Assembly: GCA_002269645.1 (NCBI GenBank)
Contig: NIVC01003773.1
Coordinates: forward strand, 1 to 64,000
Direction of reading: 5' to 3'
DNA: 64,000 bases
Origin: Macrostomum lignano
Taxonomy: Eukaryota
Below the pieces are notes generated by a model that worked only from the letters and a program-made list of their open reading frames with translations, made no database searches and was not told the DNA's origin. The position numbers were made by a program, and so were the translations under genes. This document shows positions 36,045 to 48,800 of the stretch, piece after piece (position 1 is the stretch's first letter; every line of letters starts with the position of its first letter).

Positions 36045-37380
36045 TCAGGGATCTGAGATGGATGGCTGGGATCTGAGATGGATGTCTGGGATCTGAGATG
36101 GATGGTTGGGATCTAAGATGGGTAGCTGGGATCTGAGATGGATAGCTGGGATCTAAAATGTTTAGCTGGGATCTGAGATGGATAGCTGGGATCTGAGATG
36201 GATGGCTGGGATCTAAGATGGATGGCTGGGATCTGAGATGGTTGGCTGGGATCTGAGATGGTTGGCTGGGATCTGAGATGGTTGGCTGGGATCTGAGATG
36301 GATGGCTGGGATCAAAGATGGATGGCTGGGATCTGAGATGGATAGCTGGGATCTAAAATGTTTAGCTGGGATCTGAGATGGATGTCTGGGATCTGAGATG
36401 GATGGCTGGGATCTAAAATGTTTAGCTGGGATCTGAGATGGATAGCTGGGATCTGAGATGGGTGGCTGGGATCTAAGATGGATGGCTGGGATCTGAGATG
36501 GTTGGCTGGGATCTGAGATGGTTGGCTGGGATCTGAGATGGTTGGCTGGGATCTGAGATGGATGGCTGGGATCAAAGATGGATGGCTGGGATCTGAGATG
36601 GATAGCTGGGATCTAAAATGTTTAGCTGGGATCTGAGATGGATGTCTGGGATCTGAGATGGATGGCTGGGATCTAAAATGTTTAGCTGGGATCTGAGATG
36701 GATAGCTGGGATCTGAGATGGGTGGCTGGGATCTAAGATGGGTAGCTGGGATCTGAGATGGATAGCTGGGATCTAAAATGTTTAGCTGGGATCTGAGATG
36801 GATAGCTGGGATCTGAGATGGGTGGCTGGGATCTAAGATGGGTAGCTGGGATCTGAGATGGATAGCTGGGATCTAAAATGTTTAGCTGGGATCTGAGATG
36901 GATAGCTGGGATCTGAGATGGACGGCTGGGATCTAAAATGGATGGCTGGGATCTGAGATGGTTGGCTGGGATCTGAGATGGTTGGCTGGGATCTGAGATG
37001 GATGGCTGGGATCAAAGATGGATGGCTGGGATCTGAGATGGATAGCTGGGATCTAAAATGTTTAGCTGGGATCTGAGATGGATGGCTGGGATCTAAGATG
37101 GGTAGCTGGGATCTGAGATGGATAGCTGGGATCTAAAATGTTTAGCTGGGATCTGAGATGGATGTCTGGGATCTGAGATGGATGGCTGGGATCTAAGATG
37201 GGTAGCTGGGATCTGAGATGGATAGCTGGGATCTAAAATGTTTAGCTGGGATCTGAGATGGATGGCTGGAATATAAGATGGGTGGCTGGGATCAGAGATG
37301 GATGGCTGGGATCTGAGATGGATGGCTGGGATCTGAGATGGATGGCTGGGATCTAAGATGGGTAGCAGGAATCTGAGATG
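36045..37380. repeat. 20-bp minisatellite with higher-order structure
   Basis: Unit gctgggatctgagatggatg; variant gctgggatctaaaatgttta. Confidence 0.97.
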
Positions 37381-37999
37381 AATAGTTGCAATGTTAATAC
37401 GCTGATAGCTAGCGTAGAAAAATTGTTAAAACAAACAGTACAATTGAAAAAATGTACTTTAAATACAAAATAATGGTTATATTTATTATGATTAAAAACC
37501 AACACTGACCGGTGGCCTAGATTGTTTTGCAATTATTACTTATTCAAAAGTGAGATTATATTATAGAAAAAGGTTGTAAACTGTTGAAGTGTATTGACTC
37601 GTTAAACAATAATTTTACAACGGCCAAGTGAAAAATTTTACAAAAGGCTGAATATATTAAACAAATAACTAGCTATGGGAATCACTATTATCATTTCTGG
37701 TTAATCTAAAATATTACAAACAACATGAGTAAGTAAAGTGTTTAATCTCACGACTAATTTTACCTAAATAAGCATAGAAATAAATAGTTTCATTACCAAC
37801 ACTATTATAATCAATATATGATAGAATTATATAGGCAAAATAGAAAACAACTATTCTACGAGGTAATTAATTCACAAGTAGAAAAATTACACGTCAGATT
37901 ATTTATTGGGAATACTGAGTGTTTTAATAAAAATAAAAATATAGAAAATTTAATTTATGCACTGTAAAGGTTAATTTTTTATTTTAAATTTAATTAGAC

Positions 38000-38755
38000 A
38001 CTACTCGAATAGCCCAGCTACTATACTACTGAAATAACCATTATATGCTACTCGAATATCCTAACTACTATACTACTGAAATATCCATTATATGCTACTC
38101 GAATATCCTAACTACTATACTACTGAAATATCCGTTATATGCTACTGAAATATCCTAACTACTATACTACTGAAATATCCATTATATGCTACTCGAATAT
38201 CCTAACTACTATACTACTGAAATATCCATTATATGCTACTCGAATATCCTAACTACTATACTACTGAAATATCCATTATATGCTACTCGAATATCCTAAC
38301 TACTATACTACTGAAATATCCATTATATGCTACTCGAATATCCTAACTACTATACTACTGAAATATCCGTTATATGCTACTGAAATATCCTAACTACTAT
38401 ACTACTGAAATATCCGTTATATGCTACTGAAATATCCTAACTACTATACTACTGAAATATCCGTTATATGCTACTGAAATATCCTAACTACTATACTACT
38501 GAAATATCCGTTATATGCTACTGAAATATCCTAACTACTATACTACTGAAATATCCGTTATATACTACTGAAATATCCTAACTACTATACTACTGAAATA
38601 TCCGTTATATGCTACTGAAATATCCTAACTACTATACTACTGAAATATCTGTTATATGCTACTGAAATATCCTAACTACTATACTACTGAAATATCCGTT
38701 ATATGCTACTGAAATATCCGCTCCATACTATTCGAATATCCTGGCTCGTATACTA
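38000..38755. repeat. 47-bp minisatellite built from two related subunits
   Basis: Unit tactactgaaatatccgttatatgctactgaaatatcctaactacta. Confidence 0.94.
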
Positions 38756-38869
38756 ATAAAGGAAAGAAATTTAACAAATTCAAATTCAAAATAAACAAAC
38801 TGTGACACTGTGAAAATTGGGAACTCAGACCACACAAATAGACCCAGTCGCTCAGGTGCTATCAACCAA

Positions 38870-41800
38870 TTACTGGCTCAGAGACATGGCTGCATGAGCC
38901 TCCTGTGCTTCGATCGCTGCCGCCTCCTTCTTTAGACGTTCGTCTTCGTTAATAAACAGAGAAAACATTTTTATAAATCTAGAGTACACTTTGTTCTCGT
39001 GAAAGTCAACCTTCGTTTGCTTCTTCTCGTTGCCGTAGAAGATTGAATGGCACACGATCGACGTGGCTTGGTCGCCGCCGCCGCCTCCTCCTCCGCCGCT
39101 GCCGCCGCCACCAGCACCGCCGTCGCGTCCTTCGCCGCCGCCAACGGCGCCAGAATCCTCGAATGCGCTTCTAAGAATTTTTTGACGTCGATGGAAGATT
39201 AGCATGACTTGCGGATGGCGGATTGTGGGGCGGATTTTAACAGCGGATTCTTAAAGGGGCGAATTTTGGAAGCGGATTCTTAGGGGGGGGGCGGATTGGG
39301 GAAGCAGATTTTTGGCCGGGCGGATTTTTGAGGCGGATTCTTAGGGGGCGGATTGAGGAAGCGGATTTTTAGGGGGCGGATTTTGGAAGCTGATTCTTAG
39401 GACGGGGGCGAAATTGAAAGCGGATTCTTAGGGGGCAGATTTTGGTAGCAGATTCTTAGTGGGCAGATTCTGGAAGCGGATTCTTAGGGGGCAGATTTTG
39501 GTAGCAGATTCTTAGTGGGCAGATTTTGGTAGCAGATTCTTAGTGGGCAGATTCTTAGGGGGCAGATTTTGGTAGCAGATTCTTAGTGGGCAGATTCTTA
39601 GGGGGCAGATTCTTAGGGGGCAGATTCTTAGGGGGCAGATTTTGGTAGCAGATTCTTAGTGGGCAGATTCTGGAAGCGGATTCTTAGGGGAGCGGATTTT
39701 GAAAGCGAATTCCTAGAATGGGGCCGAAATTGAAGCTTATTCTTAAGGGGGGCGGATTCAGAAGCGGATTCTTAGGGGGTAGATTGTGGAAGCGGATTTT
39801 TGGGGGGCGGATTTTGTCAAGTGGATTATGGAAGCGGATCCTAAGGGGCGGACTATGGAAGCGGATCCTAAGGGGCGGATTATGGAAGCGGATCCTAAGG
39901 GGCGGATTATGGAAGCGGATCCTAAGGGGCGGATTATGGAAGCGGATCCTAAGGGGCGGATTATGGAAGCGGATCCTAAGGGGCGGATTATGGAAGCGGA
40001 TCCTAAGGGGCGGATTATGGAAGCGGATCCTAAGGGGCGGATTATGTGGGTGTATCCAACTGACCTGTGATCATCCAGCTCTCCAATTGGTTGGCCCTTG
40101 AAATAAAATGTCCAAGTGCAAATTCCATTCTCCGGATTAGACGATTGTCCCCAAACGTCTTTAATAAATTTCACTTTGTCGGGAAATCTGACAGCTAACG
40201 ATTCGAATAATTCGTTATTTTTTAATAACAAATCAAACGAACTAGTTGTGTAAGAGTACTTGTTGTTGTGCCGGTTCATTGTTAATTTAACAACTGGCAC
40301 CCCGCTGCGTACAATGGCATCAGCTTCGGCCTGAGTAGATTGATTAACCAAAATAATATTAGTGGACGCCTTTGGCGCCGACTGCCAGGACACTTCGCGC
40401 ATTCTCAACGCGTACTCAACTTTGGTGATTAGATTGCTAAGACAAAAATACTTTGCCTCGCGAAGTAGCTCGCGTAGCTCTTTCTGACTGTCCGGCAGTT
40501 CAGTGCTGCCATCGCGTAGGTAGTTCAGAATTATGCCAAAATGCTTGCCATCTCTGTCGATCATCACCCAGCCTAGGATTGGAGTGGGAGAATACGGCAT
40601 AAAAATGTGTGTTTTATTTGAACTATAAACAGCAAAACAGCAAAAAAGGCTACCAATACCTAATGCCTATACTGGGTTTTTTAAAGGTTGGAAACCCAGT
40701 TGCCAGCTGGCCCTTGGGGCTCAAAATCCAGTTTCCAATGACTATTTTTGGTTGCCCATTGGCAACTAGCCAAATTCTCAAGGATGGATATTTCCAAGGC
40801 TGCATTTGAAAAGCAGAAATTTGTTTTGTTAACTCTAAGTCTAAGATTGCTATCTATGCTGCAAACAATAACAAACTAACAATTCCATCATATCGATTTA
40901 TATGGCACTTTTATTACATTTACAAAATCATTTTTTTAAAATTGGCAACTGGCACAGGGAAAATAAAGTTGCCAGATTGGCCTCTGATGCCAAAATCCAG
41001 TTGCAAATAAGATTTTCAAGGGGCCAAAAAATCCTATATTGCCCATGTGACATTGTGGTGTTATGCTAGTATATTCCTAGTTATTATTCTTAGTGCATTC
41101 TTAGTTAGTATTTGTGAGTGCACTGATTGGCTAGTGTGTTTCAGTGCATGTTCACTGTACCAAGTTGTTTGTTTGCATTTCACGCGTGGCTAGCATGGTG
41201 GGGTCTGTGCAATCAGGTCAACCACCCTTTCTTTAGTCCTAGGGTAAATAAGCGTGTCTTGTAAAGAGCCCAGTTTTATGATCTGGCTCTACATTTTTCT
41301 ACACACTCAACTCAATTACAAGCCTTTAGCTTCAAAAACCCAAAAACCCAGTGCTTATATATCTATATATATATAAAAATAATTACTGATTTAATAGTAT
41401 TCTGCTAACTATATGCAGTTAAAAATTACATGTAAAAGAAAAGAATGGATTGCTATCCCATGGATTCTGAAGCAACAAAATGGATTGCTAATCTTTCCAA
41501 ATGCAAACAACAAAAATGGTAAAAGAATTCCTATTTTAATAAGATTACTATTGTTTTTAGCAATCATGCTTGGGCATAACCTAGAGATTCACCTGGCCAT
41601 TTCTATTAGCAATCACACACATGTAAGTTGCTATTAGTCAGAATACTAGTCATGTGACTGCTCTCGGCCAATAGTGACTTACATGTGTGTTGCCAATAAA
41701 AAAAAACAACATGATTCCTAAGGTTGTGCATGTATGTTAGCAATAAAGTAATTGACACCAAAAATATAAAAAACTTAGCAGTTTACTTTTAATTAATATT

Positions 41801-43790
41801 TGGGTAGGTTCAATACAAAAGGATTGTTTTAAAAAACTAAATTAGTTATAAAAAGTTTACAAATGACAAGAAATTTTTCATATGATTCAATTTTTTTATT
41901 ATTGATACTGAACTACTAATTGAGTTTAGAAATAGTAAAACATATATTAAAAATATATTATTATTCTAATCTAAAATCCATTTTTTATTCAAAAAATAAA
42001 AATGCTAGTATTAAATGATAGCTCTTACATTAAAAAAATGAAGGAGTATTTGAACAAACCTTTAGCTTAGAAATAGAATAGGATATTCCAACAAAATGAG
42101 AAATAAAGCCTTTTAGATTTTTTGCTTTACCAAGTATAAGGAAATTATAAAAATAGTTTATAAATATTTGATGAAGAATCATAGACAAAGAAAACTTCTT
42201 TACTTTGATTAACAACTTATAACTTTAGAACCTAAGTTTCAGATATTTATTAAATGCAAAACAAGAACTATAGGCCCTAGCCATGAATTATAATAAGCTA
42301 GGCCTAGAATTGGCTCCCCAATGGGAGGTGCTGATTGCTAGTAAGAATCTATAATTATATATCTATTTACTAAAAAGGTAAATTAAAATGGCCTATGCTT
42401 ATCCAAACTAGTATGACGACCAAGTACCATGATTAGGCTATAAGGCCCTTATATATTAAGTCTTATAATTATTTAACTTTCTTATTATTTATCCATATTT
42501 GCTTTTTTCTATGTATATAAAGCAATACATACATTATATATAATTCAATTCTACTTTGCATAAATATAACAAGCATTGCCTTATAGGCTTATAGCATATA
42601 GGGCCTTCAATTATTTTTGCATGGCTCATATATATTATTTAAATACTTATTTCACTTTACTGTTTTCAAACTCAAAGCAATATTAATATTAGCATTGAAA
42701 GTTGCTAGGATAGGCTTAAAACTATATTAATAATAAAAGTAGGCCTAATTTGACCATAACTATATTTGTATATAATTAGCAATAAATAGGCCTAACTTAT
42801 TAGATTTTCATAAATAAGTGTATTACTTTCTTCTTTTTTCAGTTAATTTTGTTTGCAAATAGAAACTGAAAGGTAAACAAAGTAAAAAATGCTCACTTAG
42901 CTATTTTAAAGCCAAATAGGAGGCAGATAAATTTGTAGCAGATAAATTAATTAGACACTTATTAAACCTACCCAAAGAAAAAAGATTTAGAATAGGGCCT
43001 AGTAATCTATGGCTAAACCAAAATATAAATACTATTTACTAGATTGGAAAATGTAAAATAAATGCCAAAGCAAAAGCAAAAGTAAGCCTAATACAAGGCA
43101 ATGAATGGATAAATTTATATACTTAAATTATAAATTACTTGTCTTGACTTAATACTTTTTAATAATAAGGTTATATAATGATAATTTTACAAATTGTTTG
43201 AATAATTTTTTATAGATTAGACATAGGTCCAAGACCAAAGAACCATCTTACAAATAAATTTATATAATAGGCCTAGTAGTTAGTTACATTAACCCTATAA
43301 TTTATCTCTCATAAATGTACAATTTAGATGATTATAACACTTAAAGTTACATTAGTATTGGAAGTTTTTTGATAATATTATTTTCTATATTGAACTCATT
43401 TTGCTTCACTTTAATAAGTTTAATCCAATAATTAAATAAAGCAAAATTATTCATTATTTTAATAAAAAATGTGATACACTCATTTAGAAACATCCTAGCC
43501 ATAGGCATAGGGCCTATACTTTTCTTACCTTCAGAATCAGTGAAGATATTCATTCGGCCACTAAACATTGCACTAAGCATGCTTTCTTGTTTCAGCAAAG
43601 TGGCGACTGAGGTATAATACTTATAACCTCCAACATTCAGCTTGACGTACTGGCATTGTAGAGTAGAAGCAGCAGCATCTGGCTTTGCTTTGTGAAGAAC
43701 AACAAGTTCGCCTGTCTGCCCCTTTGGAGTGATAGAAAGAGGTTTGTCAGGATCATTTACACAGATATCCCTTATAATGTCTTTTGACAT
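38870..43790 (-). CDS. KCTD10: BTB/POZ domain adapter for CUL3-mediated RhoA degradation (KCTD10/KCTD13/TNFAIP1 family), 356 aa; exons 43790-43529, 40572-40065, 39170-38870
   Basis: YVKLNVGG...MLSAMFSGRM...TDSEG|WVMIDRDGKHFGIILNYLRDG, ELLREAKYF, KLTMNRHNNKYSYTTSSFDLLLKNNELF, FIKDV, CTWTFY, SIFYGNEKKQTKVDFHE. GT-AG junctions in phase; 1071 nt. The symbol marks the family only. Confidence 0.9.
39215..40050. repeat. 27-bp minisatellite plus degenerate gcggatt derivatives filling KCTD10 intron 2
   Basis: Unit gggcggattatggaagcggatcctaag. Confidence 0.92.
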
Positions 43791-45872
43791 GACGACCACT
43801 AAGTTTCGAGCTTAATGGTGTTAATTTGAACACTCAAGCGCTGCCGCTGCTGTTGTTTGGAACAGAAGTATTCAAGTTTTTTCGTATTCGTCTAAAGTTT
43901 TTAATTGATTCAATTAAGTTTTCTTAAAATATAATAAGAAAAGGCAGAAGTCTTAACATTAACTTATGGAGAATTTGGCAGCCAGTCTGTAAAGTTCTAT
44001 CAGAATTCAGGGTTCGTTTTGCTGGTTTTGGTTTAGGCATAATTTAAGGAACTGATCCTTTACAGGAAATATTTACTTTAAAAATAGAACAACATGCTGA
44101 TTTATTTAAACAAGTTCGTTAGCTGTAAATAGCTTAAAACAGAATATTAAATCGTTTTTATGGTAAAAACAATATTTTTATTTTTATTTTATAGCAGCAT
44201 GGAGTAACGTTTGATAAATAGTAACTTAATATGTGTTATCTGTCATCTTTCCATGATAGAAGCCGTTATCCGATTTCAGACCGACTAGCTTGATTGCCCC
44301 CCCCCCCGTAAATTTTCGCGATTAGTGTTTTTGTAATTATATGCGTATTTGAGCATCTGTCGGGCGTAAAGACGTGTTTGTAGACGTCTTTGTTTACAGA
44401 GCATTTTACGTGCATGATTTGGCGATTAAATTGCCGACTTACATGTACAAGTGTAAGCTATATATTTAATCTGTAGTCACCTTCTGGTGACCTTTGCATT
44501 TAGTATGCAAAGTATCGCTTAAGTATAAACAATGTCATTCAAGAAACTTCCGCGTAAATAGCACTTTTATATTAGCCAAGTTTAACTCCCGCGCACATGC
44601 TACCAGAATTCTACATGTTCCGCAAAACAAGCTATATATATATACGCTAGGCACTCAACTAGAAATCAAGTCGCTTTTCCTCCTTTGGCTTTGCTCCTCT
44701 TACTTAGTGCTCTTAAACGAACATCTTTAAACGAACCAACGCCTTCACGCCTCTATATTTAAACTCGCTATAAACCCAATCAAGTAATTGGAAGTATGAT
44801 ATATAATGTCTTAGCGTACTTGAATTGGACCGACGTAAAGTTTACATGTAAATCATGTAACTTCTATAATTTAACTTCATTACAACATGTAACAGCAAAG
44901 AATTCGGTTCTTATTTAAAGACCCATTGATGCACAATTCAAATTGTATATAGAAAGTAAGTCTAAATTTTTTAAGTCGAAAGGTTTTGCTGTTTCTAAAG
45001 TCGGATTTGTAAGCCAGTATACTCGTACGTACATGTCCGCGTCCATCATGTACATACACACAAAAATTTCCCTGACACAAAATTCAATTTTAATTTCCGT
45101 AATTTAATCGCAAAGACACGGCACTTGAAAGCGAATGTGAAACAAAAAAACGCCAACTGAAATCATTCGTGCCAGAATATACAACAGGATTTGCTGTCTG
45201 AACACATGAAAATTATTTTAGATTTAGAGGAACTGAAACTCAATTTGATATAATTCGCTCCATATGGAGCTATTAGACAGTTTAAGTATTTAATAAAACA
45301 GATATTCTTACCAAAGTCAGTTAATGCAAGTCATTACTTGTATTTGTAGATAATAACATTCATCACGATTCACGACTTCGATTATGGAATAATAAATAAG
45401 AAAAATAAGTCAATAAAACATTTTGTGTAAAAATTGTGCAGTTAATAGAATGATAGAAACTTTGGTTGAAAATACGATCGAATAATTCGCATGGACGGAT
45501 TGACAATAAAAATAGAGAAAAAGGAAACTTATAATAATATCACATAATAAGACAGAAAATAATTAAGGCACAAGTTTCATTCCTACTATAAGTAGCTAAC
45601 TTTCATTAAAAATTTTTTTTACATATTTTGAAAAGTAATTTTAGCTGCATCAGACAAAATAATGTTTTATTCGGGATCAAGTTTGTTAGCTACAGCAGTC
45701 CGCTGCTCACTACTGTATGATATTACTATTAGTAGAAGACGCTGATATGTATCGAAAAAATCGTTTGTAACAGTAGGTTCAAAGGATAGCAGATCAAATG
45801 TCATACTAAAAAAACACGAGCTCCGCTCCGGTCAAAAGAAAACGAAACAAAAATGTTCGGATTTAAAATTTA

Positions 45873-48800
45873 TCACACGGCGCCGTTTCCATTCGGCGCC
45901 AAAATTCGCTCCAACATAGCGTCCTCGGCCGGCGACACAAACGGATTCGGCAGATCGCTAGTGATGCTGGCTTCACGACGCTCCTGCGAGCTTGTCCGAG
46001 TTCGAGTCCGAGCTGACGATGCGCGAGCTGACGAAAAGTTCGGCGCCGTGGATGGCGCCACCGCTAGGGCTGGTACAGCAGTGCGAGGCCGGGCCAAACC
46101 CAGTCCAGTGTCCGTGCGACGCTGCTTCAACTCGGTGGCCGTCTGAATTCTACGACGGGCCAGCTGGGGCACCAGGGCGGACATCTGCGGATCGGCCGCA
46201 GCGGCGGCTTCCCGACGTTGACGCTCCGCATCGAGCTCCCGACGGCGCCTGGCGGCCAATTGCTCAGATTTGCGCTGGGACCAGTCATCGAAGCTCAGTC
46301 GGACCTTGAGTTTATTGTGAAATTGTTTAAGTTTGAGGCGATTTTTTCGAATTCCTAGCTGAATGCTTCATTCGGAATTCCCCCCTCTTACAACTGTTTG
46401 ACTGGGAATTCCCCATCTTCCCGATGTTTGATTGGGAATTCCCTTCTTCTCAATGCTTGACTATGAATTCCCCATCTTTCCCGAGTTTAATTGAGAATTC
46501 CACATCTTTCCAGAGTTTGATTGGGAATTTCCCGTCTCCCCAATGTTTGATTGCGAATTCCCCATCTCCCCAATGTTTGATCGGGAATTCCCCATATTTT
46601 CAATTTTTTATTGGGAATTCCCTATCTTTCTAGAGTTTGTTTGGAAATCCCTCATCTTCCCAAAGTTTGATTGGGATCCCGCATCTCCCCAATGTTTGAT
46701 TGGGAATTCCCCATCTTCAAGATGTTCAATTGAGAATTGCCCTTTTTGCAATATTTGATTGGAAATTCCCCTCTTCCCAATGTTAGATAGGGAATTTTCC
46801 ATCTTCTCTATGTATGATTGGGAATTCCCAGCCTTCATTGGGAAATTGGCCAGGTGGGTTGCCGTGCAATTCACAGCCACGAAGGCCAACCCCCAAGGCA
46901 CAGAGTGTACATGCGTCGCGATTAGAAAGTCTGGGCCGCTGTACACCCTGTGTGAGCGTGTCTATGAGTGCGTGCCTGCGTACAGTATTGCCTCAACGCT
47001 GGTTAAGGGACGATGTCAGAGTGGCCGGCCGCAACACGGTTGGCTGCTCACCTCAAACTGCTGCTGCTGCTCAATAGCCAGCTGTTCGCCGCGATGAACA
47101 AGCGGACCAGTTTCTGATTTAACAAGCGGCTGTCCAATAATACCCATTCGAACCTGCCTGCCAGAGAAGCTGGCCCCAGCCGTGCCCAAGATAGCTGGCG
47201 ATCGTTTAAACACGGAATTGTGCACCGGCTTGGCGCTGCCAGGGGGCCGGTGACCCCCCTGACGGGGCCGATTCTCCAGGGCTGCGAATGCGGCCTCCTG
47301 ATCCGATAGTGGCAACGGCTGCAGAGAGTTGGCGAAAACGCTTTTGTCATAGGAACCGTATATGATAGGGGAGGTGGCGCCAGATAAACTACATGATAGG
47401 GGAGGTGGCGCCAGATAAACTACATGATAGGGGAAGTGGCGCCAGATAAACTACATGATAGGGGAAGTGGCGCCAGATAAACTACATGATAGGGGAAGTG
47501 GCGTCAGATAAACTACATGATAGAGGAGGTGGCGCCAGATAAACTACATGATAGAGGAGGTGGCGCCAGATAAACTACATGATAGGGGAAGTGGCGCCAG
47601 ATAAACTACATGATAGGGGAGGTGGCGCCAGATAAACTACATGATAGAGGAGGTGGCGCCAGATAAACTACATGATAGAGGAGGTGGCGCCAGATAAACT
47701 ACATGATAGAGGAGGTGGCGCCAGATAAACTACATGATAGAGGAGGTGGCGCCAGATAAACTACATGATAGAGGAGGTGGTGCCAGATAAACTATATGAT
47801 AGGGGAGGTGGCGCCAGATAAACTACATGATAGGGGAGGTGGCGCCAGATAAACTACATGATAGGGGAGGTGGCGCCAGATAAACTACATGATAGGGGAG
47901 GTGGCGCCAGGTAACTACATGATAGGAGAGGTGGCACCAGATAAACTACATGATAGGGGAAGTGGCGCCAGATAAACTACATGATAGGGGAAGTGGCGTC
48001 AGATAAACTACATGATAGAGGAGGTGGCGCCAGATAAACTACATGATAGAGGAGGTGGCGCCAGATAAACTACATGATAGGGGAGGTGGCGCCAGATAAA
48101 CTACATGATAGGGGAGGTGGCGCCAGATAAACTACATGATAGGGGAGGTGGCGCCAGATAAACTACATGATAGGGGAGGTGGCGCCAGATAAACTACATG
48201 ATAGGGGAGGTGGCGCCAGATAAACTACATGATAGGGGAGGTGGCGCCAGATAAACTACATGATAGGGGAGGTGGCGCCAGATAAACTACATGATAGGGG
48301 AAGTGGCGCCAGATAAACTACATGATAGGGGAAGTGGCGCCAGATAAACTACATGATAGGGGAAGTGGCGCCAGATAAACTACATGATAGGGGAAGTGGC
48401 GTCAGATAAACTACATGATAGAGGAGGTGGCGCCAGATAAACTACATGATAGAGGAGGTGGCGCCAGATAAACTACATGATAGGGGAAGTGGCGCCAGAT
48501 AAACTACATGATAGGGGAGGTGGCGCCAGATAAACTACATGATAGAGGAGGTGGCGCCAGATAAACTACATGATAGAGGAGGTGGTGCCAGATAAACTAC
48601 ATGATAGAGGAGGTGGCGCCAGATAAACTACATGATAGAGGAGGTGGCGCCAGATAAACTACATGATAGAGGAGGTGGCGCCAGATAAACTACATGATAG
48701 AGGAGGTGGCGCCAGATAAACTACATGATAGAGGAGGTGGCGCCAGATAAACTGGCGACTCAAACACTTCAGGCGGCATTAAACTAACTCCAGTCAGCAC

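Noticed and set aside
40672-41010. 9-bp inverted repeat (actgggttt/aaacccagt) and two ~40-bp direct repeats (agttgccag...caaaatccagtt) in KCTD10 intron 1
   Set aside because: Possibly a decayed DNA-transposon end, but no paired termini, TSD or second copy were found.
47362-48752. 31-bp repeat with a palindromic core, superficially CRISPR-like (also the 28-34-bp arrays elsewhere)
   Set aside because: Units are head-to-tail with no unique spacers, there are no cas genes, and the context is eukaryotic introns.
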